A stretch of 64,000 nucleotides of DNA from Candidatus Latescibacterota bacterium (GTDB taxonomy: Bacteria; Latescibacterota; UBA2968; UBA8231), in contig OZ244561.1 of assembly GCA_965217585.1 (NCBI GenBank), forward strand, positions 5,984,001 through 6,048,000, given 5' to 3'. Positions 18,924 to 27,926 of this stretch are shown here, in pieces. Position 1 is the stretch's first letter. The number at the start of each line of letters is the position of its first letter. The notes below the pieces were generated by a model that searched no databases, was not told the origin of the DNA, and saw only the letters and a list, made by a program, of their open reading frames with translations. The position numbers were made by a program, and so were the translations under genes.

Positions 18924-20450
18924 ATGAAAAAACCCAACATAGTGTTCATTATGGCCGACGACATGGGCTACGGCGATGTGGGTTGCTACAATTCGGACTC
19001 CAAGATCCCCACTCCCAACATGGACCGACTCGCCCGCCAAGGCATCCGCTTCACGGATTTGCATTCGCCTTTTGCGGTGTGTTCGCCCACGCGCTATGGG
19101 GTTTTGACCGGCCGCTATTGCTGGCGCACGCCCCTAGGGCACGGCGTCTTCAGTTCATACGAGCCACCGCTCATCGAGAAGGACCGCCTTACCGTCGCCG
19201 GATTGCTCAAGCGCCACGGCTACACCACCGCCGCCATCGGCAAGTGGCACTTGGGGCTGGGCTACCAGGTCAAGGACGGAGAACAGGTCGAATTTCCGCC
19301 GACCTTCATCCGCACCACTGTCGATCGAGCGTTTGAGGAAAAGCTCGATTTCACCAAGCCGCTCACCGGCGGCCCGCTCGAACTGGGCTTTGATTATTTC
19401 TTCGGCACCTCCGGATGCTCAACTGGCGGCAAGCCGTTCGGTTTCATCGAAAACGACCGCTTTACGGAGGAGATGGAGTACTGCGAAGGGCAGGGCATGA
19501 CGGCCCGGGGCTGGCAAAACAAGGATGTGGATCCAACTTTTGCGCAAAAAGCCGTCGAGTTCATAGAGCGACAGGCCGGCCTGGACGATCCGTTCTTTCT
19601 TTATCTGGTACCCTCGGCGCCGCACGAGCCTTGCCGCAGGGAAGTAGTTCCCGAGTTCGCCCGCGACCGCAGCAGGGCCGGAGCGCGCGGCGATCTGGTC
19701 TGGCTGGTGGACTGGATGGTGGGGGAGGTGCTCGAAGCGCTGGAACGCACGGGCAAGGCGGAGGACACCCTGATCATGGTGACCAGCGATAACGGGGCCA
19801 CCCCGGGGGATTTCATAGACCCGGAGGAGGAGGGAAATCTGGGCGCTAGCCCGGACGATGACGAGGATGTCATCTGGCAGGATGAAACGGGTCGGACAAA
19901 GTGGCGGTTGTACGGACACAAATCGTGCGGCGATTGGCGCGGGTACAAAGCGCACATCTGGGAGGGAGGCCACCGCGAGCCCTTCATTGCCCGCTGGCCC
20001 GGCAAGATCGAGCCGGGAGCGGTCTGCGATGAACTGGCCGACCTGATCGATTTCATGGCTACCTGTGCAGCTTTAGTCGGCGACGAACTCCACGGCGAGG
20101 AGGGACAGGACAGCCGCAATATACGGCCCTTGCTGCTGGGCGAGCAGGTCGAAGAGCCGTGCAGGGATATGGCCATCTACCAGTCGTCGTACGGGGTGTA
20201 CGCCATCCGCAAAGGAGACTGGAAGTTCATTCAGGGCACCAAGGGATCTGGCGGTTGGGGACCGCCGAAAGGGGTGAGCCCCGTGCCTGGTGCGCCCGGC
20301 CAGCTCTACAACGTGAAAGAAGATCCCTATGAACAGAACGATCTTTTTGACCAAAGGCCAGAGCTGGTAGAGAAACTGACGCTTGAACTGGAAGCTCAGG
20401 TCGGGGAGGGTTACCCCGACAAAAGCTGGCTTAAGAGGAGAACAGCATAG
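18924..20450 (+). CDS. Arylsulfatase
   Basis: KPNIVFIMADDMGYGD, CSPTRYGVLTGRY, GKWHLG, TSDNG, KAHIWEGGHREP. Confidence 0.95.
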   Translation: MKKPNIVFIMADDMGYGDVGCYNSDSKIPTPNMDRLARQGIRFTDLHSPFAVCSPTRYGVLTGRYCWRTPLGHGVFSSYEPPLIEKDRLTVAGLLKRHGYTTAAIGKWHLGLGYQVKDGEQVEFPPTFIRTTVDRAFEEKLDFTKPLTGGPLELGFDYFFGTSGCSTGGKPFGFIENDRFTEEMEYCEGQGMTARGWQNKDVDPTFAQKAVEFIERQAGLDDPFFLYLVPSAPHEPCRREVVPEFARDRSRAGARGDLVWLVDWMVGEVLEALERTGKAEDTLIMVTSDNGATPGDFIDPEEEGNLGASPDDDEDVIWQDETGRTKWRLYGHKSCGDWRGYKAHIWEGGHREPFIARWPGKIEPGAVCDELADLIDFMATCAALVGDELHGEEGQDSRNIRPLLLGEQVEEPCRDMAIYQSSYGVYAIRKGDWKFIQGTKGSGGWGPPKGVSPVPGAPGQLYNVKEDPYEQNDLFDQRPELVEKLTLELEAQVGEGYPDKSWLKRRTA

Positions 20451-20456
20451 GGCTGA

Positions 20457-21263
20457 TCAAACTTGCGGTGCGCCCTCCAGTTTGACGATCTCCTTGACGT
20501 GGTGGTACGGGGCCGATTCGGTGAGTTCCCGGGTGGTCGGTGAGAGTCGGTCTTTGATCTCGTCGAAGAGGTAGGACGAGTTGCCGAAGTACTGAGGGCA
20601 GTAGCGCAAAGTCAGGGTGCGGCGGTCGCGATCTTGCGGTTTCCAGGGCAGAGTGCCGTGCGTGAGAAGTTCGGAGATAATCAAAACGTCGCCGGCGCGC
20701 GGGGCGAGATGAATCACGCCAGTGGGAATCTCGGTGACATCGTAGTCGTCCCGGCCAACATTGGGATAGAAAAGATCTCTGGGCCGTTCAAAGTGGGATT
20801 TGTGCGAGCCGGGGACCACGATTAGGCCACCGTCGTTAGGGTACACGTCGGTCAGATAGGGGAAGATGACGAAGTTATCGCAGAAGATGCGGCCGTTCTT
20901 GGCGATGAATTGCGTCGTCTGCCAGCCGAAGTCCTCGCGGGCGCAGTGAAGCGGATTGAAGGGGTGGTCGTGGGTATCGATCAGCATAGTGCCGCGAGCA
21001 AAACGCGGCTTGTCACCGCTCAATTCCTTGATGATGGACCAGTAGGCCGGGTGCATGGTCAGGGCCTCTAGCGCCTTGTCAAAGGCAAAGCCGTGCTTGT
21101 GGCCTTTGCCGGCGAACTCGAACCCGGGCGGCAGTTCTTCTTCGGGCGTAGTGCGGAAACGCTCGGTGGCTTCCCAAGCTTTTTGTACTTCTTCTGTGCT
21201 GAGAACGTTTCTCAAGTGGAGATAACCACTTGTGTCGAATAGGTACCTCTGTTCTGGGGTCAT
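20457..21263 (-). CDS. PhyH-family oxygenase, MTPEQ subgroup (HCARE motif)
   Basis: MTPEQRYLFDTSGY, LHCARE, YLTDV, VVPGSHK, ELLTHG. AAGGAG SD. Confidence 0.9.
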   Translation of the reverse strand: MTPEQRYLFDTSGYLHLRNVLSTEEVQKAWEATERFRTTPEEELPPGFEFAGKGHKHGFAFDKALEALTMHPAYWSIIKELSGDKPRFARGTMLIDTHDHPFNPLHCAREDFGWQTTQFIAKNGRIFCDNFVIFPYLTDVYPNDGGLIVVPGSHKSHFERPRDLFYPNVGRDDYDVTEIPTGVIHLAPRAGDVLIISELLTHGTLPWKPQDRDRRTLTLRYCPQYFGNSSYLFDEIKDRLSPTTRELTESAPYHHVKEIVKLEGAPQV

Positions 21264-21291
21264 TGAAATTCTCCTTAATTAGCTTGCCGAT

Positions 21292-21702
21292 TTACTGTGT
21301 GATCAGAATGGAATCCGGCTCCGAGGGCCGGCCCTGAAAGAGGTTTGCATCGGCCGAGCGCACGCGCACAAAGTACCAGACCGAATCTTCCGGGGAGCTG
21401 GGGACTACATCTAGTAGTTCGAAGTCGGTGGTAAAGCTGCGGGTAGAGGCACCAGGCACCAATTTCTCATAAAACGGTGCGGTAGTGTCCTCGATTGAGA
21501 CTACGAAACCCTGTACTACGCCGGCTGGATCGGTCACATCCCAAGTGACGGCGACGCGGTTGTCAGAGAGTAATTCCGCGGCCACCATAGTCGGGATGGG
21601 CAGGTCCTGGTGGAAGGCTTTGACTGGTGTGTAGTCCGCGTCGCAGCCCACTGTCAGCAAGAAGCCCAGAAAAGTGATGTGCCTTTTAGAGATCCCTATC
21701 AT
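21292..21702 (-). CDS. Small lipoprotein with fibronectin type III-like domain
   Basis: Lipobox LTVG-C; VAVTW...YFVRVRS...GRPSEP FN3-like pattern. Start overlaps the upstream stop (ATGA). Confidence 0.7.
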   Translation of the reverse strand: MIGISKRHITFLGFLLTVGCDADYTPVKAFHQDLPIPTMVAAELLSDNRVAVTWDVTDPAGVVQGFVVSIEDTTAPFYEKLVPGASTRSFTTDFELLDVVPSSPEDSVWYFVRVRSADANLFQGRPSEPDSILITQ

Positions 21703-23003
21703 TTGGTCGCGCTCTTGAAGGTGAAGGGATACACTACTACTACGTCCTGTTTGGCCGCCAGTTGCTGGGCTAGAACGGTTTCTTGGTCAGCCCCTCCTCC
21801 AAAGCTGTTCGCACCCCCGCCGATACCATCTTCTCCAGCGTCGACACGGCCTGTCTGGACCGGCGGTTGTTGGGCCGCTACACTGGCCAGCCCCTCTCCA
21901 GCGGGGCGGAAGCGCCAGCCCTTGAGCTGTTCGACCAAGCACTCGTCGACGCCGTCATTTTGCACATTGGACTCGACTACCTCGGCTCTGGTGACGCCGC
22001 CGCTAGGGGCGATGGTAAATTCGAGCACCACCGTGCCGGGAATGGCCTCGCCGGCGTCAAAAGCGGTGCTAAAGCAGCGATTGAGGGCAGCTTGTTTGGA
22101 CTTGACCATAGCGTTGATGGTGCTGGACGAGCGGGCGACGTCGCCGGGTAGATTGCCCGTCATTTCGCGCGGTCCTTTGGCGACCAGCCGGGTGCTGCTC
22201 CCTTTTTCTTGGGCGACGGTCTCGACGACCTCGGTGACTGCGACGTTCTGCAAGAAGTCGAAGGGAAGGTCCTTGGTTGCGAGGGGCCGGCCGAAACCGT
22301 CGAATTTGTGGACGAAGTCGCGGATCAAGAAGCGCACCCTTTCGACGTCGGGATGGAGGGTGTCGAAGACGATGAAGCCGTTGTAGTTTTCGCCCTTAAA
22401 GATCAGTTCGTCCTGCCCATAGTAGGTGCTGCGCAGCACGCCCATGCGGAAATCGAAGCGGTAGTATTCGTTGCCGCTCTGGCCGCGGCGACTGCGATAG
22501 TAGCGCTCTAGGCTCTTGCCGTGGGGAGAGGAAAGCAGGGAGATGCCGTAGGAGTGGAGCGTCTCCTGGCGGTCGGTCCGTAGGACGACCCCAATCGGGT
22601 CGAGTTCGACCTTGGCGTGCGTGTAGTTGTAGACCGAGACTTCGAACACGGTGAAGCGCTTGGGAATGTAGCCCTTGTCCGGGTCGACCCAGTCGCCGTA
22701 GGTGTAGGGGTTGGTCGAGTATTTGCCCTGGGAAGAGTCCTCGGGGAAGCGGCGGTTCAAATCTTCATCGCTCAAGGAGCGCACATCGATGCGCAACCCC
22801 TCTTCCTGGTACGACACGGTGCCGTCTTCCCGCAGCCGATAGATTCCCTCAGAGTTCTGGAACTCTTCACCGCTGATGGCCGAGGTCAGATTGGAGCGGT
22901 ACTCCATTTTTTTGGGAAAGAGCAAGCAGCCGCCCAAAAACAGGACCCCGGCCAGGACCAGAGGTGCCCGGGATTTTTTCTCTCTGTGGGGATGCGAAGA
23001 CAT
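21699..23003 (-). CDS. Lipoprotein with AgmX/PglI-type (TonB-like) C-terminal domain
   Basis: Lipobox LGG-C. C-terminal INAMVK..ALNRCF...GTVVLEFTIAPSGGV...DECLVEQLKGWRF...VVVYPFTF. Confidence 0.75.
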   Translation of the reverse strand: MSSHPHREKKSRAPLVLAGVLFLGGCLLFPKKMEYRSNLTSAISGEEFQNSEGIYRLREDGTVSYQEEGLRIDVRSLSDEDLNRRFPEDSSQGKYSTNPYTYGDWVDPDKGYIPKRFTVFEVSVYNYTHAKVELDPIGVVLRTDRQETLHSYGISLLSSPHGKSLERYYRSRRGQSGNEYYRFDFRMGVLRSTYYGQDELIFKGENYNGFIVFDTLHPDVERVRFLIRDFVHKFDGFGRPLATKDLPFDFLQNVAVTEVVETVAQEKGSSTRLVAKGPREMTGNLPGDVARSSSTINAMVKSKQAALNRCFSTAFDAGEAIPGTVVLEFTIAPSGGVTRAEVVESNVQNDGVDECLVEQLKGWRFRPAGEGLASVAAQQPPVQTGRVDAGEDGIGGGANSFGGGADQETVLAQQLAAKQDVVVVYPFTFKSATK

Positions 23004-23016
23004 GCTCACGCCCTCT

Positions 23017-24276
23017 CTACCGCGTATCGGCGTGTTCGTAGAAATCGATGTGCTGCTGCGCGATCGAGCCCTGCTGGGTGAGCGCAAATATCACCATGTT
23101 GATACCAATTTTCAACTGCGGTTCGTTTTCGTACTCGCGCTCCCAGTATTTGCCATAGGCCTTGTTGGCGTAGATGGCCACCAGGCGCTCATCTAGATAG
23201 ACCCCCTTGAGGAAGGCCTCGGGCTGGGAGTAGAAAGCACCGGAGGTAAATCCGTGGGTGGTGCCGCCCGATTGGACCAGGATGATTTGGTTGACCTCTT
23301 CTCCGGGTGGCGGGCCGCCGTCGAAGTCGAAGAAGCTGTGGTAGATCGGGTGGGAATTGGGCAGGTTCTCAAAGCGAGCCTGCTTGCCGAGGACCTGCTT
23401 GAACATCTTGCGCAGGGAGGCTTCGGCCGGCCCATAGTCCAAAGCCGGCTCGCCGTTGTCGGCCAAGATGAAACCGCCTCTATCCAAGTAGCGGCGCAGA
23501 TTGTCTATCTCTTGGGGGGTCAGGACAAAGGCCTCGTCCGAGGTGATGTACACGAATGGGGTTTCCATCATCTCCTTAGAGTCGATGAAGAGATGGTTGT
23601 CGACGCGGGCGTTGATCTGGGTGTAGCGGTTGATGGCCTCGACCAGTTGGGGAATAGCTCTGGGCGCATTGGGTTCCAGATCCGTGCCCCAGGCCAGCCC
23701 GAGGTGGACAAAGCCGGTAATGTTCCGTTTGTCGGCGGGGTCTTGGATGACTAGGGCTTTGTACTGGCCCGTGTCGAGGGCGTCCAGGTCGAGGAATTCC
23801 TCCTGCATGCTGATGCGCTTGTCCGGCTCCTTGAGGCTGGTGACGCTGACCGAAGCCAAACGCGGCATCACGACTGCGGTGCCGATGCCGTCGCTATTCT
23901 CCACCGTGTAGGAGAAAGTGGCGACCGTGCCGAATACGTCCGGGCTGTGGATGCGCGCACTCGTGGTGCGGACCTGCTTGGGTTTGGCCGCGGAGACCTT
24001 GCGCGTCATGACGCGCAAGGGCACCCGCTTCTTCTTGAACTCGAAGGGCTTGGTCATGCGCGGGGTGCGCACCATAAACTCGATGACCGGAGGCTGGGCT
24101 ACTTTGGCTTCTTTCTGGGTAAGTTCTAGGGAGCCAATGATAGTCAGATGCGCGATGATCGAGCCGATCAGGCCATAGTAGACGTACTTGCGGGTTCTTC
24201 TGTGAAGATCCCGCAGGTCCAGTCTATCGCTGGGGGAGGAGAAACGTCCGTGCACCATGTCTGTATGTTGGGTCAT
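23017..24276 (-). CDS. DUF4159-domain protein with N-terminal membrane anchor
   Basis: TM segment (GLIGSIIAHLTII), basic linker, then PFVYIT, LRRYLDRGGFILADN, HPIYHSFFDF, KIGINMVIFALT. Confidence 0.8.
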   Translation of the reverse strand: MTQHTDMVHGRFSSPSDRLDLRDLHRRTRKYVYYGLIGSIIAHLTIIGSLELTQKEAKVAQPPVIEFMVRTPRMTKPFEFKKKRVPLRVMTRKVSAAKPKQVRTTSARIHSPDVFGTVATFSYTVENSDGIGTAVVMPRLASVSVTSLKEPDKRISMQEEFLDLDALDTGQYKALVIQDPADKRNITGFVHLGLAWGTDLEPNAPRAIPQLVEAINRYTQINARVDNHLFIDSKEMMETPFVYITSDEAFVLTPQEIDNLRRYLDRGGFILADNGEPALDYGPAEASLRKMFKQVLGKQARFENLPNSHPIYHSFFDFDGGPPPGEEVNQIILVQSGGTTHGFTSGAFYSQPEAFLKGVYLDERLVAIYANKAYGKYWEREYENEPQLKIGINMVIFALTQQGSIAQQHIDFYEHADTR

Positions 24277-24315
24277 GCCTGTCAGCTCTCTGGGCCGAAT
24301 ACGCGGACTAATGTA

Positions 24316-25615
24316 CTTGAATTCGACAGGTAGGTTGATATTTAGGCTCGAACAGGCATCGGAGTCTCCCTATTTTGGGATAGCTTGATTCACCGCCATG
24401 GATCATCTACCCCAGGGAAACTCCGATGCTGAACCTGACTCGCTTGCCTGTGAACCTTCGTTATTTTTTGCGTGGGACTCAACATTTTTTTCGTCATCGC
24501 CATCATCTGGTGTTCTGTTGGAGTATGACGCTGTTGTTAATCTATCAAGATAAAGCGACGCTGTGTGGTTTAGCCCGCTTGGGGCCTAACCATATAGCGG
24601 AATGGCACTTACGTCGCTTGCTGAGTGCGACCTACTGGAGTTGGCGGTTGCTGTTGGGGTACTTGGTTGATGCGGTGATCGCCGGGCTGCCACCGGCGGA
24701 AGACGGTCGGGTGTTGGTGATCGTCGACGGGACCTACAAAGCCAAGGTGGCCAAGAAACATCCGTTGGTGCGCAAAGCCCGCGCCGATGGCTATAGTCCC
24801 TTTCTGTGGGGGTTTGAAGTGATCCTGGTCATGCTGCAGTGGGGCAATTATCGAATCCCTATCGATTTCGAGTTGGTTCGGCGTAAAGAAGACCCGGCCT
24901 ATCAGAAGCCCAATGTGTTGTTTCGTCAGATGCTGACCGCCTTGGTACCACCGGCTTGGGCCCAGCAAGTGATCGTGGTCGCCGATGCCGGGTTTCCCGC
25001 TAAAGAAACGCTGCACTTGATCCAGCAACGAGGCTTCTTTTTCGTCATGAGTCTGCCCCGCACCTGGAAGTTTGAAGACGGCCATACGCTCAAAGATTGG
25101 GTCCATCATACGCGCCATACCTGTTATCGAAAAATCTGGTTTCGTCCGCACGGCTCCCGTCGGCGGGTCTATTGGGTCTACCGCGGTCGTAAACGCCTGC
25201 GACACATCGGAGATGTCACGTTGGTCTTGAGCAAGAAACGGCGCAACGATTCGCCGAAACAAACCAAAATCCTGGTGACCAATCTACCGGACGTGACCGC
25301 AGGCCAACTCGTCGTGTTGTATACCCGCCGCTGGCACGTGGAACTGCTCATCAAAGAATTGAAAGGGGCCACCGGATTAGGACAAGCCCAGGTGACCAAG
25401 CAGACCCAACGAGTCGAACGCTCCGTCGCGTTGTCCGTTATGGCCTACTTGGTTTTGATCCATTTTCGGCAGCGGGATATTCCCCACCAAGGACCGTGGA
25501 GTGCGTTTACCCTCAAGCGAAATTTTGCTTGGGAGTGTGCGCGAAAACAGATTGAACATAACCAAAAACGAACCTACACAAAGGCCGCCTAAGACAACTA
25601 CCTGTCGAATTCAAC
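24316..25615 (+). mobile_element. Insertion sequence, IS4/IS701-like, ~1.3 kb, apparently intact
   Basis: Perfect 17-bp inverted repeat ttgaattcgacaggtag (24317-24333) / ctacctgtcgaattcaa (25598-25614). Flanking direct repeat (c)taatgta at 24308-24315 and 25615-25622. Confidence 0.92.
24426..25592 (+). CDS. DDE transposase (IS4/IS701-like)
   Basis: IVDGT, VADAGF and YTRRWHVELLIKELK (Y-2-R-3-E-6-K signature). Confidence 0.93.
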   Translation: MLNLTRLPVNLRYFLRGTQHFFRHRHHLVFCWSMTLLLIYQDKATLCGLARLGPNHIAEWHLRRLLSATYWSWRLLLGYLVDAVIAGLPPAEDGRVLVIVDGTYKAKVAKKHPLVRKARADGYSPFLWGFEVILVMLQWGNYRIPIDFELVRRKEDPAYQKPNVLFRQMLTALVPPAWAQQVIVVADAGFPAKETLHLIQQRGFFFVMSLPRTWKFEDGHTLKDWVHHTRHTCYRKIWFRPHGSRRRVYWVYRGRKRLRHIGDVTLVLSKKRRNDSPKQTKILVTNLPDVTAGQLVVLYTRRWHVELLIKELKGATGLGQAQVTKQTQRVERSVALSVMAYLVLIHFRQRDIPHQGPWSAFTLKRNFAWECARKQIEHNQKRTYTKAA

Positions 25616-25841
25616 TAATGTAATTCTGGCAGATTGGGGAATCAATACCATCCCCCCGTTTTGGGTGCAACTTCAATACCTTCTTATGCGGGGGAAGATC
25701 TGCTTTCATGCAGCAAAGCCACTGCTTGACACACAGTGGGAAACTTGACAGAGTATATGCATCATTTGCTGGCTGAGCATCGGTCCTCGATAAAAGAGAC
25801 TCCTTGTACGCTTTGATGAATGTTAATGTTTTGAGGCAGTT

Positions 25842-27911
25842 ATGAGGTTCTTAAACAGATTCCTGTTGGTCACCTTGTTATCAGCCGGGACGATTGATGC
25901 CGAGGTGCTGGAGATCACGCAGTGGGTCTCGACGACCTATTACCGCTACGACATTAGCAGCGAGGCGGGTGGAAGCGGGATCATTCGCATCACGGCGGTG
26001 GACGAGTACGAACTCTTCCTGAACGGAAGCCGGGTGGGCGCAGATGCGGATTGGGAGACGATGGAGGCCTACCAAGTGAGCCTGGAAAACGGCAAGAATT
26101 CCATTGCTGTGGTGGTGCAGAACCAAGGCGCTGGTCCGGGCGCCGGTTTAATGCTCGAAGTAGAGGTGGGAGACGAGCAGTTTGCCAGCATGACCAATCA
26201 GCCGTGGTTCTGGACGGGAACGCCGCCCGAGGACGACGGCTGGCAGACGGCGGATGTGACCCGAGACGAGGCGTGGACGCGGGTGCAGGATGGGAGTGCG
26301 GGGCTGGGTGCGGTCGCGGGATTTCAGAGCCTGGCGGTGGCGTCCATTGCCGGATTCCCAGGCGGCGTGGACGCGAGCCGGGACAGCGCAGGCCTTTTGC
26401 AAATGCGCCGGGTGGAGGGGGAGAATTTGGCTTTGGGCTCCTTTTCACGCCCTCCGGGCTTGGCCGATGGCTCTCTACTGACCTTTTGGAGTGCGGGAGC
26501 CGGAGCTTTGAACGAACCCGGGCGTTTGGACTTGGGACGCCGCATAGAGGTCAATCGGGTGCGGGTGATCACCCAAGGCAAGAAGCCCCAGGACTACGAG
26601 GCCAATTCGCTGCGCGGCTACTCGGTACAGATCAGCGACGACCTTTCGCGCTGGACCGAGGTGACGTCCATCTTTGGGATCACCAGTTTCAGGGAGACCG
26701 ATGTTTCCTTTCCCGAGGTAGAGACGCGGCACATCCAGGTGGTGATCGCCGAGGTGAGGCGAGGGCGGGGCTCCAAGGTGGCGGAGATCGAGGTCTTTGG
26801 CACGGGCTTCGCCGAGGAAGGTCAGTACACTTCGGAACCCTTGAACTTTGGCAGTTCCACGGCCCTAAAGAATTTCGGCACGGTGAGTTGGGACGCGGAT
26901 GTACCCAAGCGCACGAGCATGGAACTGCAATTTTGCAGCGCGGGGAGGGATCAAGTGTGGAGCGCATGGAGCGACCCAGTTAGCGAAAGCGGCGTCGCTG
27001 CGAATGTGCCCGAGCCAGCGATATTTCTGCAGTACCGGGTGAATTTTACCACCAGTGATCGGCGGCGTTCGCCCGTGCTGCGCTCCCTGCAGATCGAATT
27101 CGATACAGACGCCACGCCCGTGCGGCAGGCACTCGGCTCGGTGCAACCGCTGCGGGTACCTCTGGGCAGAGACACCACCTTTGTCTACACCTTGGATCTG
27201 GATGTGACCGATCCCGGAATAGAGAAGATCGGCATTGACGTGCCGAGCTGGGCTGAGTTGGCCGGACCGGTGGAAGGCTTGGGCAGTTCCTCTATCCAGG
27301 CCACGGCGGCCTACGATCCGGAGCGGCAGCAGCTCACAGTGAGCTTTGACCCGGCGATCCAGCCCTCCGACGATATATCCAGCCTCACCATTCCGTTTTC
27401 TACGGCCCAGTACATCCCCCTCTTCAACTACGTGGCCCACATTTTTGCCCCCGGCTCCGAAAACCCGGTTACCGCGTCCGAGAACAGGGTGGTGGATGTG
27501 GAGAGCAGCACAGTACTGCAGTCTTGGTCAGTCGTCATCTCCCAGTCGCTGGACCAGGTGTTGCTGCGGGTGCGTCCCAATCCGCAAGTCTTTACCCCCA
27601 ACGGCGACGACCGCAATGACTTCACGGTGATTGAATTCGTTCTCGCTAAGGTCTCCAAGCGCCAGAACGTGGATATAGCGATCTTTGCCTTGGACGGCAG
27701 CAAGGTGCGCAGCCTGCGAGGAGGCAGCCTGCAGGCGGGAACTTACTTTCATCCGGGCACCGCGGAGCTTGCTGCGAGTGCACCGGGCCAATGGGACGGC
27801 AAAGATGACGACGGCAACACAGTGCCGCCGGGCATCTATCTCTACCAGGTCGAAGTGGGTCTGGACGGTAGCAAAGTGCGACAGGTCGGAGCCGTGGGCT
27901 TGGCATACTGA
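25842..27911 (+). CDS. Secreted multidomain protein: lectin/discoidin (F5/8)-like domains plus C-terminal FlgD-Ig/T9SS-type sorting domain
   Basis: Signal peptide; ITAVDEYELFLNG; LDLG..VNRVRV...YSVQISDD..W...EIEVFG discoidin pattern; C-terminal PNPQVFTPNGDDRND...WDGKDDDGNTVPPGIYLYQV. Confidence 0.8.
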   Translation: MRFLNRFLLVTLLSAGTIDAEVLEITQWVSTTYYRYDISSEAGGSGIIRITAVDEYELFLNGSRVGADADWETMEAYQVSLENGKNSIAVVVQNQGAGPGAGLMLEVEVGDEQFASMTNQPWFWTGTPPEDDGWQTADVTRDEAWTRVQDGSAGLGAVAGFQSLAVASIAGFPGGVDASRDSAGLLQMRRVEGENLALGSFSRPPGLADGSLLTFWSAGAGALNEPGRLDLGRRIEVNRVRVITQGKKPQDYEANSLRGYSVQISDDLSRWTEVTSIFGITSFRETDVSFPEVETRHIQVVIAEVRRGRGSKVAEIEVFGTGFAEEGQYTSEPLNFGSSTALKNFGTVSWDADVPKRTSMELQFCSAGRDQVWSAWSDPVSESGVAANVPEPAIFLQYRVNFTTSDRRRSPVLRSLQIEFDTDATPVRQALGSVQPLRVPLGRDTTFVYTLDLDVTDPGIEKIGIDVPSWAELAGPVEGLGSSSIQATAAYDPERQQLTVSFDPAIQPSDDISSLTIPFSTAQYIPLFNYVAHIFAPGSENPVTASENRVVDVESSTVLQSWSVVISQSLDQVLLRVRPNPQVFTPNGDDRNDFTVIEFVLAKVSKRQNVDIAIFALDGSKVRSLRGGSLQAGTYFHPGTAELAASAPGQWDGKDDDGNTVPPGIYLYQVEVGLDGSKVRQVGAVGLAY

Positions 27912-27926
27912 GCAGGAAAAACAACA

